Shown: positions 1 to 9,446 of the stretch, piece by piece
How positions within the stretch are numbered: the first letter of the stretch is position 1
How the letters are laid out: every line of letters begins with the position of its first letter
Assembly (NCBI GenBank): GCA_031374245.1
Contig: JANMFO010000206.1
Span: 909-64,908 of the forward strand
Reading direction: 5' to 3'
Source: Chitinophagaceae bacterium
GTDB taxonomy: Bacteria; Bacteroidota; Bacteroidia; Chitinophagales; Chitinophagaceae
Length of the DNA stretch: 64,000 bases
Program-made: the position numbers and the translations under genes
The notes under the pieces: model-generated
Told to the model about the DNA's origin: nothing
Seen by the model: the letters and a program-made list of their open reading frames with translations, nothing else
Database searches by the model: none

Positions 1-20
1 AGGAAATAATTATGTGATTG

Positions 21-785
21 TTATTCTTCCTCTTCTACTTTAAATAGTAAAGGTGCAAGGCCGTTTTGAAAACGCAGATAAGCGTCTTTGATGTATTGAT
101 GAAAGTCATAGTCTCCTGCAAGTTTTGTAAACATAAATGAGGGCCGGAAAACCCGCATAAAACTATCGAGTGCATTGCCGTCCAGTTTAGTCAGGCGGCG
201 CACCAATGCCTTGTTGAAACGATAGTCAATAAATTTATCCTGCTCCTGCTGATACAATCTTTTTTGAAAAGAGGCGATACTTTTGTTTCGTTTAAAACGG
301 AACATGTTGATGATCTCATCCAGGTCAAACCCTGCGCCAACACCATATTGCGGAGTTACTGTTTTTAATTTCGGCTTCTGATAGTTGAAAATTTTAGCAT
401 AATCAAGCCGGTTTTGTATAGAATCCTGCCGATAATTTTTAAGTTTAATTTTTACTTCTCTCAATATTGGTACACTTACCTGAAGTGATATATCAAAACC
501 CATCGTGTTGACGATTTTCAACACAGGAAATTTCATTGTTGGTTTATTCAGGTAGCTGAACCAGATTGAATCTTTTTCTGCCACTTCTATTTCATAAAAA
601 CCTTCGTTGTTGGTAATGGTGCCTTTGCCCGAAGTGGAAAGTACACTTACTGCTTCCAGCGGGTAACTTCTGGAGCTGTCATACACTGTTCCTCTTATCT
701 TATACAGCTGTGCCGTGGCTGATGACACGGCCGCAAACAGAAAGAAAATACTAAATGATGTTATGTAAAAATATCTCAGGTGCAA
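21..785 (-). CDS. Secreted protein with carboxypeptidase-regulatory-like N-terminal domain
   Basis: 254-aa ORF. Signal peptide ends ...SSATAQ. The YKIRGTVYD...NNEGFYEIEV pattern is typical of the CarboxypepD_reg beta-sandwich. The remainder is unassigned. Confidence 0.5.
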   Translation of the reverse strand: MHLRYFYITSFSIFFLFAAVSSATAQLYKIRGTVYDSSRSYPLEAVSVLSTSGKGTITNNEGFYEIEVAEKDSIWFSYLNKPTMKFPVLKIVNTMGFDISLQVSVPILREVKIKLKNYRQDSIQNRLDYAKIFNYQKPKLKTVTPQYGVGAGFDLDEIINMFRFKRNKSIASFQKRLYQQEQDKFIDYRFNKALVRRLTKLDGNALDSFMRVFRPSFMFTKLAGDYDFHQYIKDAYLRFQNGLAPLLFKVEEEE

Positions 786-877
786 AATTTTGAATTGGCA
801 GCAAGTAACAAAAGAAAATGCAAAAGCTAAGGTAAAGTGTGGTTTCTCTTAAGCCTGTAACCCGGCAGATTAAGTAA

Positions 878-1774
878 TCATCCTTTTAATACCTGCTCTA
901 TTATTTTAGGATAGTGTTCATGCTCCAGGGCATGAATGCGTTCTGCCAATGTTTCTGTTGTATCATTTTCCAATACGGGGCAGGTGGCCTGAAAAATGAC
1001 TTTACCATGGTCATATAGTTCATCTGCATAATGGATAGTAATACCGCTTTCTCTTTCTTTGCTGGCAATAACCGCCTCATGAACATAATGCCCATACATA
1101 CCCTTTCCCCCATATTTTGGCAGCAGGGCAGGGTGGATATTGACTATTTTTCCCGGGTACTCCCTTATTAATACAGAGGGTAATTTCCATAAAAAACCAG
1201 CCAATATGATAAAATCGATTTTGGTCGATTTTAGCTCATTTATGTATGAATTTTCGCTAAAAAAGACCTTTTTATTGATAAAAAGGGTCGAAATATGATT
1301 TTTTTCAGCAACTGCAAAAGCACCTGCATTTGGGTTATTGCTTGCAATAAGGGCTACTTTTACAGCAGGGTGGCTATGAAAATGATCAATGATTTTGGCA
1401 GCATTACTCCCCCCCCCGGATGCAAAAATGGCCAGCCGGATTTCCTTTGTACCAACTCCGGATTCCCGACTCATAACTTCCGGCTCCTGACTCTTCTCCC
1501 CAATACCAATCTTGTTTCCAATTTTCCGGATATACTTAATAAAAAAAGAATATTGGCCAAAGGGAATACTAATCAGAATGACAGCCATTGGCCATATTAT
1601 AGTAATGAGCAGAATATAAACCAATGTCCACAGCCAGTCTTGCCCGATAGCGAGGGCATTCATAATTTTTTTACCAGCAAAACCAGTGGCACTGCCACCT
1701 ATTGCAAATGTGCAGAGGATTAATGCCAGTTGAAGACTGTTTACTTTCCACTTCTTTTGTAGTTGTTCAAACAT
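878..1774 (-). CDS. purN: Phosphoribosylglycinamide formyltransferase (PurN) with an in-frame ~100-aa N-terminal membrane extension
   Basis: Residues ~110-298 carry PurN hallmarks (IFASGGGSN, NIHPALLP, HxxV...D). Residues 1-100 are 2-3 hydrophobic helices. Internal ATG at 1472-1474 would give a canonical ~198-aa PurN. Confidence 0.85.
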   Translation of the reverse strand: MFEQLQKKWKVNSLQLALILCTFAIGGSATGFAGKKIMNALAIGQDWLWTLVYILLITIIWPMAVILISIPFGQYSFFIKYIRKIGNKIGIGEKSQEPEVMSRESGVGTKEIRLAIFASGGGSNAAKIIDHFHSHPAVKVALIASNNPNAGAFAVAEKNHISTLFINKKVFFSENSYINELKSTKIDFIILAGFLWKLPSVLIREYPGKIVNIHPALLPKYGGKGMYGHYVHEAVIASKERESGITIHYADELYDHGKVIFQATCPVLENDTTETLAERIHALEHEHYPKIIEQVLKG

Positions 1775-2064
1775 GTTTAGTACCTAATATCAGGGTTATT
1801 AATCCCCGGTTTCTTTATGAGCCGCAAAAGTGAGGAAAAAACAGGCAATCTGAGCCGCATTTTTCTAATATCAGAATATTACTCACAATGTTGACTGATT
1901 TATGACAAACAGATTTGTATCATTACACAAAACGGCATAAAATCCTCTGAAATGCAGGCTGGTAGCGGCTCAAAATTTTTTTAAACACGTTAGTGTTTTG
2001 TTAACTTCCTGACTTATTTTTGCGGCTGATTAATTGATTTTATCCACATTTTTCAGCATCAATT

Positions 2065-3342
2065 GTGTCTATGATTCCTTGTAAACCCATGACCACCAAA
2101 CAGGCACTGTTTGTACTTTCTTTTTTTGTTTTTTCTATAGTAAGTGTTTCCGCACAGGATTTGGCTACTGCAGGCAAAGCTTTGTATAATTCAAAATGTG
2201 CAAGCTGTCACCAAATACTCAAAGATGCTACCGGCCCTGCTTTGGCTGGATTAGAACAAAGACATAAATGGGCAGATCATAATGAACTATTGAAATGGGT
2301 GAACAACCCGTCTGGTTACATGGCCAATGACCCTTATACACAGGGTTTGAAAGTTAAGTATATTTCAATGATGTCAGGATTTCCTGATCTCACTATTAAA
2401 GATATTGATGCCATAGTTGCATATATTAATTTTGCAGCTGCACCTCCTCCTCCGCCGCCACCTGGTGCAGAAGCGCCTCAAACTTCCAATAGCAATGCCA
2501 TTATTTTCGGCGTTATCTCTCTTATACTTGCCATCATTGCTTTAATATTAATGCAGGTTAACAGTAACCTAAAAAAAATGAGTGATGATGCAGAAGGCAT
2601 CCGCCGCCCCGAACAGGTTCCTTTTTACAAAAACAAGGTGTACATCGCCATGTTGTCATTGTTATTCTTTGTTATTGGTGGTTATTATGTAACCAAGGGA
2701 GCAATCGGGTTGGGCCGTCAGAAAGACTATCAACCTGTACAGCCAATTTATTATTCGCATAAAGTACATGCCGGTATTAATCAAATCAGTTGTTTGTATT
2801 GTCATGGTGCTGCGTGGGATAGCAAACATGCCGCTATACCTGCAGTAAATATTTGTATGAATTGCCACAAGGCAATCGGCGAATATGTAAAAGGTCCAAA
2901 GTTATATGACGAAGAAGGCACAGAAATAAATGGTACCGCAGAAATAGCTAAATTATATAAAGCAGCTGGTTTCGACCCTGCAAAACCCAATGATTGGGAC
3001 GCTACCAAAGCAAAACCAATTGAATGGGTAAAAATTCATAACCTGCCTGACCATGTTTACTTTAATCACTCACAACACATAAGAGCAGGTAAAGTACAAT
3101 GTCAAAGTTGCCATGGTGAAATAACTGCTATGGATGAAGTGAAGCAGGTATCTGAATTGAGTATGGGCTGGTGTATTAACTGTCATCGTCAAACTAAAGT
3201 TGACTTTAACTATGACAGTACCAAAGGCAATAAATTCTACAGCATTTACGAGAAGTTTCATAATGATATAAAAAACCACAAGATGGATAGTGTAACGGTT
3301 AAAGATATTGGTGGTCTGGAGTGTCAGAAATGTCACTATTAA
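2065..3342 (+). CDS. actA: Alternative complex III subunit ActA: pentaheme cytochrome c with an extra N-terminal monoheme class-I cytochrome c domain
   Basis: Six CxxCH motifs (CASCH, then CLYCH, CMNCH, CQSCH, CINCH, CQKCH). Also a signal peptide, a poly-Pro linker, two TM helices, and first position in the act cluster. Probable start is ATG 2089 (MTTKQALFVL...). Confidence 0.85.
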   Translation: MSMIPCKPMTTKQALFVLSFFVFSIVSVSAQDLATAGKALYNSKCASCHQILKDATGPALAGLEQRHKWADHNELLKWVNNPSGYMANDPYTQGLKVKYISMMSGFPDLTIKDIDAIVAYINFAAAPPPPPPPGAEAPQTSNSNAIIFGVISLILAIIALILMQVNSNLKKMSDDAEGIRRPEQVPFYKNKVYIAMLSLLFFVIGGYYVTKGAIGLGRQKDYQPVQPIYYSHKVHAGINQISCLYCHGAAWDSKHAAIPAVNICMNCHKAIGEYVKGPKLYDEEGTEINGTAEIAKLYKAAGFDPAKPNDWDATKAKPIEWVKIHNLPDHVYFNHSQHIRAGKVQCQSCHGEITAMDEVKQVSELSMGWCINCHRQTKVDFNYDSTKGNKFYSIYEKFHNDIKNHKMDSVTVKDIGGLECQKCHY

Positions 3343-3360
3343 AATTGAAGTGAAAATGTG

Positions 3361-3378
3361 ATCCTGCAAATGCGGGAT
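3361..3378 (+). other. Intercistronic stem-loop between actA and actB
   Basis: ATCCTGC-AAAT-GCGGGAT forms a 7-bp stem (one G-U) with a tetraloop. It lies 19 nt after the actA stop. Confidence 0.4.
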
Positions 3379-3412
3379 AAATTGTTGAATTGTCAAATTT
3401 TCAAATTCTACT

Positions 3413-6400
3413 ATGAGCCAAAACAAGTACTGGCAAAGTTTCGGAGAAGTGAACGACCCGGAGAACCTTAAAAAGCTCTCCCAGGATGAGTTTCAGGAAG
3501 AACTCCCTTTTGAAGGGTTTGATGATAAAGGACTGATAGATGCCAAAGCACCCCGCAGGGATTTTTTAAAATATCTTGGCTTTAGCACTGCTGCTGCTAC
3601 ATTAGCTGCCAGTTGTAAGATTCCGGTAAGAAAGGCGATTCCTTATGCTAACAAACCAGAAAACCTTATTCCTGGGGTAGCAAAATATTATGCCACTACT
3701 TATGTACAGGATGGTGATGTAATACCTGTTGTTGCGAAAGTAAGAGATGGCCGTCCGATTAAAATTGAAGGAAATGATTTAGCTTCTTTCACAGGAGGTG
3801 GTACATCTGCAAGATCACAAGCTTCTGTACTTGATTTATATGACATGTACCGTGCAAAGTTTCCCTTGCACAAAGTGAAAGATAAATTTGAAGAAGTCCC
3901 CACTTTCGAACAGTTTGATAAGCTGGTAGGTGATGCAATGAAAACAACTACTGGTTCAATTGTATTATTAACGGGCACCGTTGTTTCTCCTACTACAAAA
4001 GATATTATTGCTAAGTTCCCTAACTTAAAACACGTTCAATACGACGCTGTTTCTTTCAGCGGTATGTTATTGGCAAATGAAGCCAGTGGCTTTGGAAGAA
4101 AAATTCCTTCTTATGATTTTGGCGCAGCCAAAGTAATAGTAAGTCTTGGTGCTGATTTCCTTGGTACTTGGTTGAATCCGGTGGAGAATGCCAAAGGATA
4201 TTCCAAAGGCCGCAAGATTGATGAGAAGAATCCATCCATGAGCAAGCATTACCATTTTGAAGGTCACCTGAGTATGACTGGTTCTAATGCAGACGAACGG
4301 TTTACACATCGCCCTTCTGAAACAGGTGCGGTAGCTGTTGCATTATTAGCGGCAGTAAATGGTGGGGCTGCTTCTGTTGCTGATGCAAAATTGAAAGCTG
4401 GTATTGAAAAAGCAGCAGCTGATTTAAAAGCTCATAATGGCGCTGCGTTAGTTGTAAGCAGCAGTAATGATAAAAATATACAGGTAATTGTAAATGCTAT
4501 CAACAATGCTGTTGGTGCATATGGTACTACCATTAACTGGAACCAAGCTGTTAATTACCGCCAGGGTATTGATAGCGATATGGCTGATTTGATTGCACAA
4601 ATGGAAGCAGGTGCAGTTGGTACATTAATGATTCATGGCGCAAATCCTGCATACTCACATTATGATGCAGAGAAATTTAAAGCAGCATTGAAAAAAGTGA
4701 AAGTGACTGTTTCTTTCGGTGAAAAAATGGATGAAACAACTGAATTGTGTGAATTCATTATCCCTAATCATCATTATTTAGAAAGTTGGGGTGATGCTGA
4801 ACCAAAAGCAGGTATTACCAGTTTCTTACAGCCGACTATTTATCCTTTGTTTAAAACCCGCCCATTCCAGACATCATTATTGAAATGGAGCGGCAGCACA
4901 CAGGATTACGAGACGTATTTCCGTGAATACTGGACTGGTAAATTAGGTGCTGATGGTTTTAATAAAGCATTACAGGATGGAATAGTAGAAACTCCTGTTA
5001 CAGGCGGTGCAGGTTCTTATACCGGTGGTGCAGTTGATGCTGCTACTTCTGTAATAGCTGCTTATAAAAAAGGAACTGGCGCTGAAGTTGTTTTCTATGA
5101 GAAAGTATCCATAGGAAATGGTTCACAAGCTGGTAACCCCTGGTTGCAGGAATTACCAGATCCCGTTTCAAAAGCTACATGGGACAACTATGCGATGATC
5201 TCCATGAGTAAAGCGAAAGAACTGGGTATTGTGCTGGATACTGATTATGAATATTACCCCGGAAAACCGGTTATTGAATTAACGATTGGCAAAAACAAAG
5301 TTGAATTACCGATACTGGTTGTTCCGGGTATGAATCCTGATACCATTGCAGTGGCCGTTGGTTATGGCAGAAATGAAGGAATGGGAGTAACAGCTGCAGG
5401 GGTTGGTAAAAATGTGTATGGTTACACTGTTTACAATGGGAATACAGTTGATAATTATGCAACTGGTGTAACAGTTACTAACCTGAATAAGAAATATAAA
5501 ATTGCACAAACACAAATACACAACTCTTACGAAGACCGTGAAGAAGTAGTAAGAGAAACAACGCTGGCTACTTTCAAAAAATCACCGGAAACAATTCCTG
5601 ACTACAGAAAGAAACTGCAAGATGATTATTATGAGCATTCTAATAATGACTTTCGCAATGCAACATTATATCCACAACATGAACAACCCGGTATCAAATG
5701 GGGAATGAGCATCGATATGAATGCCTGTTATGGTTGCGGAGCCTGTGTAGTTTCCTGTCATGCAGAAAATAATGTGCCGGTTGTAGGTAAAAGTGAAGTG
5801 CTTCGTTACCATGATATGCACTGGCTGCGTATTGATCGTTATTTTATTTCGGATAAGAAAAATCCTGACGACCTGAAAGGCGTTGTGTTCCAACCAATGC
5901 TATGTCAGCATTGTGATAATGCACCTTGTGAGAATGTGTGTCCGGTAGCAGCTACCAACCACAGCTCAGAAGGTATCAACCAAATGACGTATAACCGTTG
6001 TATCGGTACAAGATATTGCGCCAATAACTGTCCGTTTAAAGTTCGTCGCTTTAACTGGTCTGATTATACTGGTGCTGACAGTTTCGCTAATAACCAGGAT
6101 CAACAAATTGTAGGTAAGCTGGATCCGGTTATTTTCCAGATGAATGATGATTTGACAAGAATGGTATTGAATCCTGATGTTACGGTTCGTTCAAGAGGTG
6201 TTATAGAAAAATGTTCTTTCTGTTTTCAGAAATTGGCTGCTGCTAAATTAGATGCTAAGAAAGAAAACAGGATGCTGAAAGATGGGGATGCGAAAACTGC
6301 CTGTCAGATGGCCTGTTCAGCAGGTGCCATTGTTTTTGGTAATGCACATGATAAAGAAAGCCAGCTGACGAAGGTTCGCAATGATAACCCGCAACGCAGC

Positions 6401-6586
6401 TTTTATGTGCTGGAACAATTGCATGTGTTACCGAATATTACTTATCTCGCTAAAGTGAGAAATACAGATGAGATAATTGAAGATGAGCATCATATTGGTG
6501 GTGAAGAACACAAAGAAAATATTGATCATAAATCTGATAGTACTGCAACAGTTCCGACAGGTGCTACAGAATCGGCACCTCATTAA
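3413..6586 (+). CDS. actB: Alternative complex III subunit ActB (molybdopterin-oxidoreductase-like plus Fe-S domains)
   Basis: 1057 aa with a twin-arginine signal (RRDFLKYLGFS). The C-terminal half has ferredoxin-type motifs CYGCGACVVSCH, CQHCDNAPCENVCP and CIGTRYCANNCP. Confidence 0.9.
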   Translation: MSQNKYWQSFGEVNDPENLKKLSQDEFQEELPFEGFDDKGLIDAKAPRRDFLKYLGFSTAAATLAASCKIPVRKAIPYANKPENLIPGVAKYYATTYVQDGDVIPVVAKVRDGRPIKIEGNDLASFTGGGTSARSQASVLDLYDMYRAKFPLHKVKDKFEEVPTFEQFDKLVGDAMKTTTGSIVLLTGTVVSPTTKDIIAKFPNLKHVQYDAVSFSGMLLANEASGFGRKIPSYDFGAAKVIVSLGADFLGTWLNPVENAKGYSKGRKIDEKNPSMSKHYHFEGHLSMTGSNADERFTHRPSETGAVAVALLAAVNGGAASVADAKLKAGIEKAAADLKAHNGAALVVSSSNDKNIQVIVNAINNAVGAYGTTINWNQAVNYRQGIDSDMADLIAQMEAGAVGTLMIHGANPAYSHYDAEKFKAALKKVKVTVSFGEKMDETTELCEFIIPNHHYLESWGDAEPKAGITSFLQPTIYPLFKTRPFQTSLLKWSGSTQDYETYFREYWTGKLGADGFNKALQDGIVETPVTGGAGSYTGGAVDAATSVIAAYKKGTGAEVVFYEKVSIGNGSQAGNPWLQELPDPVSKATWDNYAMISMSKAKELGIVLDTDYEYYPGKPVIELTIGKNKVELPILVVPGMNPDTIAVAVGYGRNEGMGVTAAGVGKNVYGYTVYNGNTVDNYATGVTVTNLNKKYKIAQTQIHNSYEDREEVVRETTLATFKKSPETIPDYRKKLQDDYYEHSNNDFRNATLYPQHEQPGIKWGMSIDMNACYGCGACVVSCHAENNVPVVGKSEVLRYHDMHWLRIDRYFISDKKNPDDLKGVVFQPMLCQHCDNAPCENVCPVAATNHSSEGINQMTYNRCIGTRYCANNCPFKVRRFNWSDYTGADSFANNQDQQIVGKLDPVIFQMNDDLTRMVLNPDVTVRSRGVIEKCSFCFQKLAAAKLDAKKENRMLKDGDAKTACQMACSAGAIVFGNAHDKESQLTKVRNDNPQRSFYVLEQLHVLPNITYLAKVRNTDEIIEDEHHIGGEEHKENIDHKSDSTATVPTGATESAPH

Positions 6587-6648
6587 TAGAGAGATAAAAC
6601 TGATTTTGATTTTTAGAATTTAATTATTTGGACTTTTTATAATCGCTT

Positions 6649-8091
6649 ATGTCATTACTCCGATACGAATCACAGGTAAGACCTCCGCTGGTAGATGGTG
6701 ATAAAGACTATCATCAGATAACCGAAGATATTTGCCGTCCGGTGGAAGCCAAGCCATCCCGATTATGGTGGATTGGTTTTCTTATTTCGGTGGCATTGCT
6801 CGGTTTTGGTATTCTTTCTGTAACCATAGAAGTAATATATGGTACTGGTCAGTGGAACCTGAATAAAACTATTGGTTGGGGTTGGGATATTACCAACTTC
6901 GTATGGTGGGTGGGTATTGGTCATGCGGGAACATTGATTTCTGCTATCTTATTATTATTCCGCCAGGGATGGAGAACCGGTGTAAACCGTGCTGCTGAAG
7001 CAATGACAATCTTTGCGGTAATGTGTGCCGGTCAGTTTCCTATCTGGCATATGGGCCGTGTGTGGAATGCATTCTTCGTTCTTCCTTATCCAAATACAAG
7101 AGGACCGCTGTGGGTAAACTTTAACTCACCTTTACTGTGGGACGTATTTGCGATATCAACTTACTTTACTGTATCCTTATTGTTCTGGTATTCTGGTTTA
7201 TTGCCTGACCTTGCTACACTTCGTGACAGGGCAAAAAAGAAATGGAGGAAAGCTTTTTATGGTGTGGCAGCTTTCGGATGGACAGGTAGCACCAAACACT
7301 GGCAACGCCATGAGGCATTATCATTGGTGCTGGCCGGTTTGAGTACACCACTCGTATTATCAGTACACACAATCGTATCCTTCGACTTCGCCACATCCAT
7401 TGTTCCGGGCTGGCATACAACGATTTTTCCACCCTACTTCGTGGCAGGGGCTGTCTTTTCTGGTTTTGCAATGGTGCAAACCTTGTTATTGGTCACAAGA
7501 AAAGTATTAGGCTTACAGGAATATATAACCATCGAACATATTGATGTGATGAATAAGGTAATCGTTTTGACAGGTTCTATTGTAGGTATTGCCTACCTCA
7601 CAGAGTTGTTCATGGCCTGGTACAGTTCTAATCCTTATGAGAATTTTGCCTTTTTCGAAAACCGGTTGAGCCTGAATAGTCCTTATGGCTGGAGTTACTG
7701 GATCATGATGGGTTGTAATGTATTATCCCCACAGATTTTCTGGGTAAAGAAAATGAGAAGGAACCTGGTGCTTACTTTCTTCATGTCAATATTGATAAAT
7801 ATTGGTATGTGGTTCGAACGTTTTGTTATTATCGTTACTTCCGTTTATCGTGACTATTTACCCAGTTCATGGAGTACTTATTATACACCAACAATCTGGG
7901 AAGTTGGATTTTACATGGGAACGTTCGGGTTATTTTTCACCTGTTACTTCCTGTTCTCAAAATTCTTCCCGGTAATTGCAATAGCAGAAATTAAACACAT
8001 ATTGAAAAAGAACGGTGAGAATTATAAAGTGAAAATGGATGTTATCGAGAGTGAAAAAGTAGAAAAGTTTGCTCATGATCAGGAGCACTAG
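6649..8091 (+). CDS. actC: Alternative complex III subunit ActC (NrfD/PsrC-like polytopic quinol-binding subunit)
   Basis: 480-aa polytopic membrane protein with NrfD-like sequence character. It sits directly after actB. Confidence 0.88.
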   Translation: MSLLRYESQVRPPLVDGDKDYHQITEDICRPVEAKPSRLWWIGFLISVALLGFGILSVTIEVIYGTGQWNLNKTIGWGWDITNFVWWVGIGHAGTLISAILLLFRQGWRTGVNRAAEAMTIFAVMCAGQFPIWHMGRVWNAFFVLPYPNTRGPLWVNFNSPLLWDVFAISTYFTVSLLFWYSGLLPDLATLRDRAKKKWRKAFYGVAAFGWTGSTKHWQRHEALSLVLAGLSTPLVLSVHTIVSFDFATSIVPGWHTTIFPPYFVAGAVFSGFAMVQTLLLVTRKVLGLQEYITIEHIDVMNKVIVLTGSIVGIAYLTELFMAWYSSNPYENFAFFENRLSLNSPYGWSYWIMMGCNVLSPQIFWVKKMRRNLVLTFFMSILINIGMWFERFVIIVTSVYRDYLPSSWSTYYTPTIWEVGFYMGTFGLFFTCYFLFSKFFPVIAIAEIKHILKKNGENYKVKMDVIESEKVEKFAHDQEH

Positions 8092-8163
8092 AGCTTAGAG
8101 ATAAACAAAAGTTGCGATATTAATAAAAAAAGATTTTAAGCTAGTAGCTAAAAGCGAAATACA

Positions 8164-8751
8164 ATGGGTGTAAAAAAATTTGTTACAGGTAATTTTTATG
8201 ATGAAGCAGTGTTGTTTCCTGCCATAAAGAAGACCCGCCGTGCCGGGTATAAAATCCATGACGTATTTACTCCATTCCCTATTCATGGACTGGATAAAGC
8301 AATGGGTCTTCGTGAAACCAGTTTACACACAGCTGGATTTATATATGGCATTACCGGTACAGCCACTGCTATTGGCTTTATTACCTGGGCACTGACAATA
8401 GACTGGCAGCTCAACTTTGGTGGTAAGCCATTCTTTTCTTTACCTGCCTGGATTCCCATCATCTTTGAACTTACAGTATTATTTGCTGCGGTGGGAATGG
8501 TGCTTACGTTTTGCTATCTCTGTCAACTGGCACCTTTTGTAAGAAAGGATCATTTTAATCCACGTTCTACTGACGACACCTTTGTAATGGCACTGGAGTG
8601 TACAGAAAAAACAAATGATGCAGAAGCTATCAGTTTTTTACAAGGCATCGGTGCTACGGATGTGCAGGTACAATATAAAGAAACAGAATGGTGGCTGGGT
8701 CGTTATGACAAAGACAGAAAACGGTTTGAAAAAACTGAAGCGGTTCATTAA
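8164..8751 (+). CDS. actD: Alternative complex III subunit ActD (DUF3341-type)
   Basis: 195 aa with two central TM helices. Its position between actC and actE matches the canonical act order. Confidence 0.75.
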   Translation: MGVKKFVTGNFYDEAVLFPAIKKTRRAGYKIHDVFTPFPIHGLDKAMGLRETSLHTAGFIYGITGTATAIGFITWALTIDWQLNFGGKPFFSLPAWIPIIFELTVLFAAVGMVLTFCYLCQLAPFVRKDHFNPRSTDDTFVMALECTEKTNDAEAISFLQGIGATDVQVQYKETEWWLGRYDKDRKRFEKTEAVH

Positions 8752-8772
8752 TAATTATATAATTAACTGAGG

Positions 8773-9417
8773 ATGAAAAAAATTTCGATTATAACATGTT
8801 GCATGCTGATGGCAGTGGCAATGATAAGTTGCAACAAAACCCGCCGCAGTACCGGCAGGGTTTATATGCCGGATATGGCGTACAGCAGGGCTTATGAAAC
8901 GTATGCTTCTACTGAGGCATTGGATAAAGCCGGGGTACATTACACTTCGATGCCTGTAGAGGGTACGGTTGCCCGTGGTGATATGTATGCTTATACATTA
9001 AAGAATGATTCTTTGGGATATGCTCAGTCAGCTTTTAACAAAAGTCCGTTGAGCACAGATAGCGTTGCGGTAGATATGAAAGAAGCAGAGCGGTTATATC
9101 TTATTTATTGCGGTATTTGTCACGGAGAAAAGCTAGATGGTAATGGTCCTTTATGGAAGGGTGGCGATGGTCCTTTTCCCAATGCGCCTAAAAATTTTAT
9201 GGATGATGCCATGAAAGCAATGACAGAAGGAACAATGTTTCATTCTGTTACTTATGGAAAAAACAGCATGGGTAGTTATGCCTCACAAATGAACACCAAA
9301 CAACGCTGGGAAGTAATTGCTTATATCAAATCAAAACAGAGTGCTGTTACTTCAGCAAAGCCTGCGGCCGCTGCTGATAGTACTAAAACAACTCCGGCTG
9401 TTAAAACAGGAAAATAG
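8773..9417 (+). CDS. actE: Alternative complex III subunit ActE (lipoprotein monoheme cytochrome c)
   Basis: Lipobox (...AMISC), a single CGICH motif and a distal Met-containing region. Confidence 0.8.
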   Translation: MKKISIITCCMLMAVAMISCNKTRRSTGRVYMPDMAYSRAYETYASTEALDKAGVHYTSMPVEGTVARGDMYAYTLKNDSLGYAQSAFNKSPLSTDSVAVDMKEAERLYLIYCGICHGEKLDGNGPLWKGGDGPFPNAPKNFMDDAMKAMTEGTMFHSVTYGKNSMGSYASQMNTKQRWEVIAYIKSKQSAVTSAKPAAAADSTKTTPAVKTGK

Positions 9418-9446
9418 TTTTTGAAGAAATTAATAAACGAACACTG

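Noticed and set aside
1295-1723. Long antisense ORFs inside well-supported genes. Examples are 1295..1723 in purN, 15530..16036 in coxIII, 45141..45515, 60622..61080 in the SDR gene and 63026..63514 in lysS.
   Set aside because: Each lies opposite a gene with clear family motifs. The translations are low-complexity and Cys/His/Ile-rich, as is typical of shadow ORFs.
1997-2022. Candidate promoter for the act operon (TTTG at 1997-2000, TATTTTTG at 2015-2022).
   Set aside because: The -7-like box fits TAnnTTTG, but the spacer to the nearest TTTG is only 14 nt against the usual ~19-21. This is not enough support to report it as a feature.
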